Of a stretch of 37,383 nt of DNA, positions 1 to 8,106 are shown one piece after another. Under the pieces are notes generated by a model. The model saw only the letters and a program-made list of their open reading frames with translations. It searched no databases and had not been told where the DNA came from. The position numbers were made by a program, and so were the translations under genes. Numbering within the stretch: position 1 is the first letter of the stretch; each line of letters opens with the position of its first letter. Origin of the DNA: Paludibacteraceae bacterium. Its GTDB lineage: Bacteria; Bacteroidota; Bacteroidia; Bacteroidales; Paludibacteraceae. The stretch lies in NCBI GenBank assembly GCA_045630365.1, contig JAZQSZ010000121.1:1-37383 (forward strand), read 5' to 3'.

Positions 1-557
1 AGAACGAGAAGTTCCCTACCCCAATCATTACTCCTACCACTAAGGCTGAGATCGGTGCGCACGACGAGGACATCTCTCGTGAAGAGATTATCGCTCAAGG
101 ACTTATTCCAGAGGCAGAGTACGAGCAATTGGAGAAATACACATTGGCTCTTTTCAATCGTGGTCAAGAGATTGCTGCAAAACAAGGACTTATACTTGTT
201 GATACCAAATACGAGTTTGGTAAGAAAGGCGACCAAATCCTTCTCATGGACGAAGTTCACACCCCTGACTCTAGCCGCTACTTCTACGCTGAGGGCTACG
301 AGGAGCGTTTTGAGGCAGGTTTGCCACAAAAACAACTCTCTAAGGAGTTCGTTCGTGAGTGGTTGATGGACAACGGTTTCCAAGGCAAAGAGGGCCAAGA
401 GGTACCAGAGATGACCGATGAGGTAGTAGCTGGCATCACCGCTCGCTATATCGAGCTCTACGAGGGCATCACAGGCGAGAAGCTCGTCCTCGAAGCAGAA
501 ACAGAGGATATCGCAGCTCGTATTGAAAACAATGTAAACGCATATTTAGCAAAATAA
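1..557 (+). CDS. purC: SAICAR synthase (phosphoribosylaminoimidazole-succinocarboxamide synthase), 5' end outside window
   Basis: The frame is open from the window edge (codon phase from nt 3: [30 protein letters not shown]) to TAA at 555-557. [11 protein letters not shown] and [13 protein letters not shown] are typical PurC motifs. Confidence 0.9.
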   Translation, partial: NEKFPTPIITPTTKAEIGAHDEDISREEIIAQGLIPEAEYEQLEKYTLALFNRGQEIAAKQGLILVDTKYEFGKKGDQILLMDEVHTPDSSRYFYAEGYEERFEAGLPQKQLSKEFVREWLMDNGFQGKEGQEVPEMTDEVVAGITARYIELYEGITGEKLVLEAETEDIAARIENNVNAYLAK

Positions 558-580
558 GTAGGTTATTTTTAAACAACAAC

Positions 581-685
581 CACAACAACATTAAATCAAC
601 AACTATTGCGCGTGCAACAACACAGCACGCGCTCAAAGATAATAAACTTGCCGCTTGACGGCGTTGTGTCAAGCGGAATGTTGTT
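581..685 (+). other. three-way-junction-like structured intergenic element between purC and the PurF-like gene
   Basis: The outer stem caacaacatt (583-592) / aatgttgttg (676-685) encloses two hairpins: gcgcgtgc-9nt-gcacgcgc (608-632) and ccgcttgac-8nt-gtcaagcgg (650-675). Confidence 0.45.
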
Positions 686-722
686 GAAACAAGTTGTTTA
701 TGTTGTTGTTAAATATAAGAAC

Positions 723-2156
723 ATGGCTGGATTTTTTGGTACAATATCAACTACTTCTTGCGTAACCGATCTACTCTACGGCACAGATTACCATTCCCAC
801 CTCGGAACACCCCGTGCGGGGATGGCGACTTACGACCAGGAGAAAGGCTTCAAGAGAAGCATTCACAATATCCAAAACTCACACTTCCGCACGAAGTTTG
901 AGCATGAGTTGGACGAGTTTGCTGGCAATGCAGGTATCGGAATCATTTCCGATACCGATGCACAACCTTTGCTCATCAACTCCCACCTCGGACGCTTTGC
1001 TATCAGCACGATTGGCAAGATCAATAACCAAGACGATTTGGTAGCCCACTTGTTGGAGCAAAACATGCACCTTACTGAGTTCAGTAGTGGACGTGTCAAT
1101 CCTACCGAATTAGTAGGTTTGCTCATTGTGCAAGGCAAAGACTTCGTGGATGGTATTGAGAATGTCTATCGCCAAATCAAGGGCTCTTGCTCTATCCTTA
1201 TCCTCACTGAGGATGGTATTATTGCTGCCCGCGACTCATGGGGACGCACGCCTATCGTGCTGGGCAAGCGCGATGACGCTTACGCTATCGCTAGCGAATC
1301 ATCATCTTTCTTCAACCTCGGATTCCAAACCGAATATTTCATGGGTCCTGGTGAGATCGTGCGCGTCTATGCGGACCGTGTAGAGCAATTGCGCAAACCC
1401 AACGATAAGATGCAGATCTGCTCATTCCTTTGGGTGTATTACGGTTTCCCTACATCCGATTACGAAGGTCGCAACGTAGAGGAAGTGCGTTATGCTTGCG
1501 GACGTGCGATGGGTAAGAACGACGATGTGCAGGCGGATTGTGTTTGCGGTATTCCTGATTCAGGTATTGGTATGGCTATTGGTTACTCCCACACATCGGG
1601 TGTTCCATACCAACGTGCTATCACCAAATATACGCCTACATGGCCACGTTCGTTTACCCCTTCACAACAATCTCAGCGCGAATTGGTTGCGAAGATGAAA
1701 CTCATCCATAACTACTCTATCCTTCGCGGCAAGAGTGTGCTTTTCTGCGACGATTCTATTGTGCGTGGTACACAGTTGCGTGATAACACACGTTGTTTGT
1801 TGGAGGCGGGTGCTAAGGAGGTGCATATGCGTATTGCGTGTCCACCTATTTTCTATGGTTGTCCGTTTACCAATTTCACGACATCCAAGTCTGATTTGGA
1901 GTTGATTACTCGCCGTTATATAGCAGAGTTTGAGGGTGTAGATGCGGCTAATGATCCAGATCGTATCAAGGCGTATGCTACGACAGATTCGTCGGAGTAT
2001 CAACGTCTCATGCGTGCGTTGCGTGATCGTTTTGCGCTCAAATCGCTCAAGTACACTCGTATAGAAGACCTCATTGCTGCCATTGGTCTGCCTAAGTGCA
2101 AGGTCTGCACCTACTGCTTCGACGGCTGCAACCCAGACTCGCAAAGCGAGTGTTAA
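723..2156 (+). CDS. amidophosphoribosyltransferase-family protein (PurF-like, non-canonical N-terminus)
   Basis: 477 aa from ATG 723 (MAGFFGTIS); the 606 start in the ORF track crosses a structured intergenic region. It has a PRPP-binding PRTase motif (VLFCDDSIVRGTQL) and an N-terminal class-II amidotransferase-like region (YGTDYHSHLGTPRAGMA), and lies next to purC. Confidence 0.75.
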   Translation: MAGFFGTISTTSCVTDLLYGTDYHSHLGTPRAGMATYDQEKGFKRSIHNIQNSHFRTKFEHELDEFAGNAGIGIISDTDAQPLLINSHLGRFAISTIGKINNQDDLVAHLLEQNMHLTEFSSGRVNPTELVGLLIVQGKDFVDGIENVYRQIKGSCSILILTEDGIIAARDSWGRTPIVLGKRDDAYAIASESSSFFNLGFQTEYFMGPGEIVRVYADRVEQLRKPNDKMQICSFLWVYYGFPTSDYEGRNVEEVRYACGRAMGKNDDVQADCVCGIPDSGIGMAIGYSHTSGVPYQRAITKYTPTWPRSFTPSQQSQRELVAKMKLIHNYSILRGKSVLFCDDSIVRGTQLRDNTRCLLEAGAKEVHMRIACPPIFYGCPFTNFTTSKSDLELITRRYIAEFEGVDAANDPDRIKAYATTDSSEYQRLMRALRDRFALKSLKYTRIEDLIAAIGLPKCKVCTYCFDGCNPDSQSEC

Positions 2157-2232
2157 TGGCACCTTTGGTGCGAAAATGGCAAACCAAGTTTGCGTTAATG
2201 GCACCTTCGGTGCGAAAGTGGCTAAAGCGAAA
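2151..2232 (+). repeat. two tandem ~42-nt repeats, each containing a stable hairpin
   Basis: gttaatggcacctttggtgcgaaaatggc and gttaatggcaccttcggtgcgaaagtggc. Each has a gcacc-loop-ggtgc stem, and the second has a C(UUCG)G-type loop. The stop of the PurF-like gene lies in the first unit. Confidence 0.8.
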
Positions 2233-2261
2233 ATAGTCTTCGACGTAAATTACGTATAACC

Positions 2262-2377
2262 ATCAACGCGAAGCCATAAACGTGAACGAAGTGAACCACT
2301 TTCGTGAGCGCAGCGAACCATAAACGCGAAGCAAAGCAAAGCCATAAACGTGAGCGAAGCGAACAAAAACCAAGATC
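2262..2377 (+). repeat. degenerate ~22-nt tandem repeats (upstream flank of 4HB gene)
   Basis: Units such as cataaacgtgaacgaagtgaac, cactttcgtgagcgcagcgaac and cataaacgtgagcgaagcgaac. Confidence 0.8.
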
Positions 2378-2755
2378 ATGAGTAATACTATATATAATTT
2401 CGAAGAATTGGTTATCTGGAAATTATCCAGACAATTTGTTCGCGAAATTTATCTTTTGTTCAAAGATACAAAAGATTATGGTTTTCGAGATCAAATTCAG
2501 CGCGCTGCAGTGTCTGTAATGAATAATATAGCAGAAGGATTTCAACGTAACAAGTTTTCGAAAGACAATAAGCAATTTGTTTATTTTTTGAACATTGCCT
2601 ATGGATCTTGCGCTGAAGTTCGAAATATGCTATATATTGCAGAAGATGTAAATTATATCTCGCCCAATATAAGCACAGAATTGCGTGACAATATCACTCG
2701 TATAGAATTTAAAATAGAGAACTTAATCAAAAAGTTACAACAACCAACAGATTAA
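2378..2755 (+). CDS. four-helix-bundle protein (23S rRNA intervening-sequence protein / Avd-like family)
   Basis: 125 aa. Family signature QIQRAAVSVMNNIAEGFQR and later YGSCAEVRNMLYIAEDVNYIS. Divergent paralog of the three minus-strand copies. Confidence 0.85.
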   Translation: MSNTIYNFEELVIWKLSRQFVREIYLLFKDTKDYGFRDQIQRAAVSVMNNIAEGFQRNKFSKDNKQFVYFLNIAYGSCAEVRNMLYIAEDVNYISPNISTELRDNITRIEFKIENLIKKLQQPTD

Positions 2756-2764
2756 ACAAAACCA

Positions 2765-3006
2765 ACGCTTTAGCCACTTTCATGAGCGCAGCGAATCACC
2801 TTCGCGCAGCCACAAACGTGAGCGCAGCGAACCACTTTCATGAGCGCAGCGAATCACTTTCGTGAAGCCATAGACATGAGCGCAGCGAATCACTTTCGTG
2901 AGCGCAGTGAACCACCAACGCGAAGCAAAGCGCAGCCATAAACGTGAACGAAGTGAACCACTTTCGTGAGCGAAGCGAACCATAAACGTGAACAAAGTGA
3001 ACAAAA
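2765..3006 (+). repeat. degenerate ~22-nt tandem repeats (downstream flank of 4HB gene), same orientation as 2262-2377
   Basis: About 11 units of cactttcRtgagcgcagcgaaYc type, running up to the DUF1846 start codon. Confidence 0.8.
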
Positions 3007-4467
3007 ATGACTCCTTTTAACAACGAGAAATACATCCGCATACAGTCGGAGCACATCAAAGAGCGCATTGCGCAGTTCGGTAACAAACTCTACCTAGAAC
3101 TAGGTGGCAAGCTCTTCGACGATTTCCATGCTAGTCGTGTGCTACCAGGTTTCCAACCTGATAGCAAACTCACTATGCTCACGCAGCTGCGTGATACCCT
3201 AGAGATCGTCATCGTCATCTCTGCGGCCGACATCGAGAAGAACAAAGTGCGCCAGGACTTAGGCATCACCTATGACGTGGATGTATTGCGTCTTCGCGAG
3301 GAGTTTATGAACCGCAGATTCCTCGTTAACTCCGTGGTTATCACCCACTATAGTGGTCAAGCATCCGCTCAGATGTATAGCCAACGCCTCGAGCGATTGG
3401 GCATCAAGACCTATTTCCACTATACTATCGAGGGCTACCCACATAACGTGGCACTCATCGATTCTGCCGATGGTTTTGGTAAGAACGATTATATCGAGAC
3501 TACCCGTCCATTGGTGGTCGTTACTGCTCCTGGTCCAGGTAGTGGTAAGATGGCGGTCTGCTTGAGTCAGCTCTACAACGAGCACCAACGTGGCAACCAA
3601 GCGGGTTATGCTAAGTTTGAGACTTTCCCTGTGTGGAATCTCCCTCTTAAGCACCCGGTTAATATGGCATACGAGGCGGCTACGGCCGATCTCAATGATG
3701 TCAATATGATTGACCCATTCCATTTGGAGGCATATGGCAAGATTGCGGTTAATTACAACCGTGATGTCGAGATTTTCCCTGTCCTAGATGCGTTGTTTAC
3801 AGGTATTTACGGTCACAACCCATATAAGTCCCCTACGGATATGGGTGTGAATATGGTGGGTTGTAGTATAGACGATGATGAGGCATGTTGTGCAGCTAGT
3901 AAGCAAGAGATTATCCGTCGTTACTACCATGCGTTGAATGATTTCGCCAATGGTGATATCAGCGAGGCGGTAGTCAATCGTATTGGTCGTTTGTTCAAGC
4001 AGGTGGGTATCTCCACGGAGGACCGCCGTTGCACGGTGGCGGCTAAGGAGCGTAAGGAGCGTGACAATAGTATGGCGGTGGGTGCTATTGAGTTGCACGA
4101 TGGTACGATTATCACGGCGGAGGCGAGTGCATTGTTGGGATCAAGTGCAGCTCTGTTGTTGAATGCTACTAAGTATTTGGCAGGTATTGACCACGATGTG
4201 AAGCTTATTCCACAGGAGATGATTGAGCCTATCCAGCATACGAAGATCAATTACTTGCGTGGTCGTAATCCACGTTTGCATACGGATGAGGTGCTTGTGG
4301 CATTGTCGGTGCTCTCATTGCATGATGAGAACTGCCGTAAGACTTTGGATGCGTTGCCCCAGTTGTCAGGTTGTCAGGTTCATTCTACGGTGATGTTATC
4401 CGAGGTGGATCGCAAGATTTTCCGCAAACTAGGCATCGACCTCACTTGCGACCCTATTCGTAAATAA
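3007..4467 (+). CDS. DUF1846 / UPF0371 family protein
   Basis: 486 aa. The N-terminus FNNEKYIRIQSEHIKERIAQFGNKLYLELGGKLFDDFHASRVLPGFQPDSKL matches the conserved UPF0371 N-terminal signature as I recall it. Confidence 0.8.
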   Translation: MTPFNNEKYIRIQSEHIKERIAQFGNKLYLELGGKLFDDFHASRVLPGFQPDSKLTMLTQLRDTLEIVIVISAADIEKNKVRQDLGITYDVDVLRLREEFMNRRFLVNSVVITHYSGQASAQMYSQRLERLGIKTYFHYTIEGYPHNVALIDSADGFGKNDYIETTRPLVVVTAPGPGSGKMAVCLSQLYNEHQRGNQAGYAKFETFPVWNLPLKHPVNMAYEAATADLNDVNMIDPFHLEAYGKIAVNYNRDVEIFPVLDALFTGIYGHNPYKSPTDMGVNMVGCSIDDDEACCAASKQEIIRRYYHALNDFANGDISEAVVNRIGRLFKQVGISTEDRRCTVAAKERKERDNSMAVGAIELHDGTIITAEASALLGSSAALLLNATKYLAGIDHDVKLIPQEMIEPIQHTKINYLRGRNPRLHTDEVLVALSVLSLHDENCRKTLDALPQLSGCQVHSTVMLSEVDRKIFRKLGIDLTCDPIRK

Positions 4468-4493
4468 TCCGCATAGGATATTCTAAAATAGAA

Positions 4494-4520
4494 ATACGCC
4501 TTGATTAAGGCGTATTTTTG
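4494..4520 (+). terminator. intrinsic terminator of DUF1846 gene
   Basis: 9-bp stem atacgcctt/aaggcgtat with a 4-nt loop, followed by TTTTTG. Confidence 0.75.
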
Positions 4521-4800
4521 TTTCTACCCTGATCTTTGTTTAACAAAAATACGCTTCGTTTCACTCCGCTACAAAAATATACAAAAATCAGTTGTTTGTT
4601 ATGTTATTAAGTCAAGAATGTTAAGAATAGTTATGAATATTTCTATTGTTATATTTTGTCTTTGCTCTGATGTGCAACTTTTAGTTGCAGGGAGAGCAAA
4701 AACAAATGTAATTCTTCTATCTGTCATTTTGTTTAAGTCATCCATGCAGGGACTGCATCTATATGACTACAAACAAAAAGGTTCGTGTCTACATAAGAAA
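4494..4800 (+). repeat. intergenic repeat family B, copy 1
   Basis: Shares a conserved block of about 110 nt (aacaaaaatacgcttcgtttcactccgctacaaaaatatacaaaaatcagttgtttgttatgttattaagtcaagaatgttaagaatagttatgaat) and two hairpins with copies at 6290 and 9905. Confidence 0.75.
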
Positions 4801-4843
4801 TTGATATTATCCCAAATCGGTCATTAGATTATGGATTATCACC

Positions 4844-6151
4844 TCATAGCATTTCATTCAACAAAAATGGTATAACACCTATATATGTCACTCCATCGGC
4901 ATCTGTCCATTGTTTGCTATTACCATACAGAACAACTATCTTACGATGAAAATCTTGAGTATTTCTCAACGAAAATGTTTCTTGGTTCTTCTTTTCCTCT
5001 GTATCTACATTCAGAGCAGATTGAATGTATATTTTCTCCGAACCAGTATTGACTACAAAATCTATTTCGTATTGTGATTGGACTCGCTTACCATCTAACA
5101 TCCGCTCTACTTCTACAACTCCCACATCCACACGATAGCCACGACGCAAAAGCTCGTTATATATCATATTTTCCATTAAATGCGAACGTTCTTGTTGACG
5201 AAAATTAATTCGGGCATTACGTAAACCTAAATCGCAAGCATAATACTTCTTGATGGTATTAAAATAGCGTTTCCCTTTTACATCATATCTGTCTGCTGAT
5301 GCCAGCAAGTATGAATCCTCTAAATAATCCAAATAAGTTTTTATCGTACGGTCTGATGTGTTACGTCCTAACACAGAACCTACCGTATTTGCCAGTTTAT
5401 GAGGGTTTGTTAACGAACCTACAGAAGAATATATCGCATCAGTCAATGAGTCTATTATCACATCATCCCGCAACTTATACCTCTCTACGATGTCCTTAAT
5501 ATACACATTTTTGTGTAAATCAGCTAAATATTGCTGTTTCGCAGTTTCATTATCTTCAAGAACAGCTAATGGCATTCCTCCGTATGTAAGATACATCTCA
5601 AATGCGTCCGTTTTTTCTAAGCCAGCATAGGTGTAATACTCTTTGAATGATAGGGGATATACTTTAATCTCGCAACCTCTATCACGAAATTGAGTTACAA
5701 TGTCCTTTGATAACATTTTCGAGTTGCTACCTGTAACATATACGTCCAAATTCTGTTGCATACGCAAATCGTTCAGCACATCATAGAACGTAGTATATAG
5801 CAGTTCGCGATCCTCTTCAGCAACAGCAGATTCATCAATATCTGAATTTTTAACTTTATAACTCAGTTGTATTTCATCAATAAAGACATAAAATTTCCTT
5901 CGCTTATCCTTAGTTCGTTCTATAACATATTCATATAGTGTATTCGGATTACGATATAGACTATCTGATTTGCGCTCCAAATCAATCTCCACAAAACAAC
6001 TATCTTTTACGCCTTGTTGTTTTAGATAATGTTTATATAACGTGGACAATAAAAACGACTTTCCACTTCGTCGTAATCCTGTAATTATCTTTACTTTACT
6101 ATTCCAGCTCTTGGAAACAAGTTGTTTGATATAATCATTCCTTTCGATCAT
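4844..6151 (-). CDS. AAA-family ATPase with DUF4143-type C-terminal region (AAA_14/DUF4143 architecture)
   Basis: 435 aa. Walker A GLRRSGKSFLL and Walker B YVFIDEIQ. Same architecture as 20790..22043, and it has its own canonical promoter at 6214-6245. Confidence 0.8.
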   Translation of the reverse strand: MIERNDYIKQLVSKSWNSKVKIITGLRRSGKSFLLSTLYKHYLKQQGVKDSCFVEIDLERKSDSLYRNPNTLYEYVIERTKDKRRKFYVFIDEIQLSYKVKNSDIDESAVAEEDRELLYTTFYDVLNDLRMQQNLDVYVTGSNSKMLSKDIVTQFRDRGCEIKVYPLSFKEYYTYAGLEKTDAFEMYLTYGGMPLAVLEDNETAKQQYLADLHKNVYIKDIVERYKLRDDVIIDSLTDAIYSSVGSLTNPHKLANTVGSVLGRNTSDRTIKTYLDYLEDSYLLASADRYDVKGKRYFNTIKKYYACDLGLRNARINFRQQERSHLMENMIYNELLRRGYRVDVGVVEVERMLDGKRVQSQYEIDFVVNTGSEKIYIQSALNVDTEEKKNQETFSLRNTQDFHRKIVVLYGNSKQWTDADGVTYIGVIPFLLNEML

Positions 6152-6213
6152 AATGAAGCTTATTTTAGTACAACTTTAGTCGTATATCCGACTTTTTTTG
6201 TTGAAATTTGCTG

Positions 6214-6245
6214 CAAAGGTAGTATTTCTTTGTGACATATGCAAA
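6214..6245 (-). promoter_or_regulatory. promoter of the AAA/DUF4143 ATPase gene
   Basis: On the minus strand: TTTG, N20, TAccTTTG, about 60 nt upstream of ATG 6151. Confidence 0.5.
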
Positions 6246-6289
6246 TCTTTTTTTTAACAATTGCAGAAATCTGTAAATTTATCGTTTCA

Positions 6290-6875
6290 GGTTAATGTTT
6301 TATAACAAAAATACGCTTCGTTTCACTCGCTACAAAAATATACAAAAATCAGTTGTTTGTTATGTTATTAAGTCAAGAATGTTAAGAATAATTATGAATG
6401 TTTCAGTTGTTGTACTTTGTTTTGCTCTGGTGTGCAACTCGTTGCAGGTAGAGCAAACCACAAGTATTTGTTTTCATCTAATCTTTTGTCTTGCTCACCA
6501 ATGCAAGGTATTGCATTTATTTGAGCAAAGACAAAAATGATCATGTTATTCTTATTTATTTTTAAAGCGCAGCGTATTCTTGACCAAATTACTTTTTAAC
6601 AAGAATGTTAAGAATAGTTATGAGTATTTCTATTGTTACATATCTGCGTAACTTTTTTGTTTGTAGTCACCAATGCAGCATGCATTCTTATGACTAAAAA
6701 CAAAAATATGTTCTTGATTTTTAATTATTTTTATAGGCATCTCTAAGATGCCGTATTTATGTTTCTACTCTGATCTTTGTCTAACAAAAATGATCATGTA
6801 TATTCTTATTTATTCTTAAAGCGCAGCGTATTCTTGAGTAAATTAATGTTTAACAAGAATGTTATGAATAGTTAC
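6290..6875 (+). repeat. intergenic repeat family B, copy 2 (two tandem modules)
   Basis: 6295-6400 matches 4540-4645. 6650-6875 matches 10085-10325 almost base for base. Confidence 0.8.
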
Positions 6876-6983
6876 CTATAGCCAATCGCCCATTGCCCAT
6901 CACCTCTCCACTCTACACTCTACACCTCTCCACTCTACACTCTACGCCCTTACACTCTACACTCTACACTCTACACCCTACAC
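6876..6983. repeat. heptamer-periodic array (GCCCATW then CTACACY flavour)
   Basis: ctatagccaatcgcccattgcccatcacc...ctacactctacactctacaccctacacc. Supplies the TAG stop of the DUF354 gene. Confidence 0.85.
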
Positions 6984-8018
6984 CAAATACTCCCGTATCT
7001 TCTTATCCAAAGTATCTAGGATCTCTTGTTGAACAGTTTTGCAGCGTTCGAGGCCGGCGATGCCGCCTCCGCGTTCTGCGAAGAAGGAGTTACGTGATTT
7101 ATCAAGGAACTGCATGATCTGTTGCACATCACGTGAATAGAACATCTTACCTGCATCCACCATCGATTGGTCAACTGCCAACAAATGTGCTCCTGCGAAG
7201 AAACTTACCGATGGCACGCCTAGACATGCCGCTTCGCGGGCCATGGTGCCAGCACCTGTGAGGATGGCATCGGCGTAGTAACATGCATCAAGTCCATTGA
7301 CTGCCTCCTTAGGTACGTAGATATTCTTGATGCCAGTAGCATAATCCTTGTCCGATTCGTAGCGTGGCAGGAAGAGGATGTTGTATCCAGCAGCATCTAG
7401 TTCTTTGAGCAGTTCAGGTACGATAGACTGACGTCCTTCTACGTAACTTGCTTTGATGTTCTCTGGTCGCACCACTACGTAGTGTTCAAATGGCAATTGC
7501 TCTAGGAAAGCAGGGTTTGGTTCGTAGTTAGCTAGATAAAAATCCTCTTTGTAACCATTGTATTGATAGAGATTCTTTTTGAATCCTTGCTTGCGTAGTA
7601 CAGTGGGGTTGATGACCTTAGGCCAAAATGCGAGGTTGGTAAATGGGGCATACATCCAGTTTGGTGAGGTCTCGTTGTCGTCGAAGGTCACAGCCATTTT
7701 GCCTCTGTACCAAGCCACAGGAGAGGATGAGTCACCGCCGAGGGAGATTTTCACATCAAAGTGAGGCACTTGCTTATTGAGTTGACGTATGCGTTTGAAT
7801 AGTCCGAGTAGTTTTTTGAGTTTGTTTCCACCTTGATGCTCTCCAATACTTATATATGGTTTACATATACGTTTCTCAAATAATCCTTTTGTCTCCGCAA
7901 AATCTCGCAGGGTAAACACCATATCAAACTCGCCTTCATACTTACGTATAATAGGCAGCAGGAAATTCACATGTGGTACGTTGGTTATGTCAAACCAGAT
8001 TGTTTTTTTTTGCTCCAT
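6978..8018 (-). CDS. DUF354 family protein (GT-B-like fold, glycan locus)
   Basis: 346 aa. The N-terminus KTIWFDITNVPHVNFLLPIIRKY resembles the DUF354 signature. The stop codon and last codon lie inside the CTACACY heptamer array. Confidence 0.6.
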   Translation of the reverse strand: MEQKKTIWFDITNVPHVNFLLPIIRKYEGEFDMVFTLRDFAETKGLFEKRICKPYISIGEHQGGNKLKKLLGLFKRIRQLNKQVPHFDVKISLGGDSSSPVAWYRGKMAVTFDDNETSPNWMYAPFTNLAFWPKVINPTVLRKQGFKKNLYQYNGYKEDFYLANYEPNPAFLEQLPFEHYVVVRPENIKASYVEGRQSIVPELLKELDAAGYNILFLPRYESDKDYATGIKNIYVPKEAVNGLDACYYADAILTGAGTMAREAACLGVPSVSFFAGAHLLAVDQSMVDAGKMFYSRDVQQIMQFLDKSRNSFFAERGGGIAGLERCKTVQQEILDTLDKKIREYLV

Positions 8019-8027
8019 TATGTTATT

Positions 8028-8100
8028 AATTAGCGTAGAGCGTAGAGTGTAGGGGGTAGAGGCGATGGGGTTGTGTTTTCTACAGTTTTACACGCTACGC
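8028..8100. repeat. heptamer-arm palindromic element (RGTGTAG orientation), left flank of 4HB gene
   Basis: gcgtagagcgtagagtgtagggggtagaggc + gatggggttgtgttttctacag + ttttacacgctacgc. Confidence 0.75.
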
Positions 8101-8106
8101 TATTGA

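Noticed and set aside
581-685. Purine or ZTP riboswitch.
   Set aside because: The junctions are too long, and the conserved junction and loop nucleotides of those classes, as I remember them, are absent. I kept it only as an unclassified structure.
606-722. Upstream start (606) for the PurF-like gene.
   Set aside because: The extension translates the structured spacer. The conserved family N-terminus begins at ATG 723.
1662-2204. 180-aa minus-strand ORF. Many other antisense ORFs lie inside annotated genes, e.g. 3259-3723, 29523-30059 and 33258-33689.
   Set aside because: They are fully embedded antisense to genes with strong family signatures and have no motifs of their own.
2378-2755. Diversity-generating retroelement, because the four-helix-bundle proteins are Avd homologs.
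   Set aside because: There is no reverse transcriptase ORF and no template/variable repeat pair with adenine-specific mismatches anywhere in the window.
2262-3006. Possible CRISPR array (regular short repeats). The same question applies to 8467-8750.
   Set aside because: The units are contiguous and degenerate with no unique spacers of about 30 nt. The 7- and 22-nt periods are far from CRISPR geometry, and there are no cas genes.
4501-4827. 108-aa ORF, with related ORFs at 6295-6540 and 9971-10192.
   Set aside because: They lie entirely within the AT-rich family-B intergenic repeats. The frame is not conserved between copies, whereas the hairpin structure is.
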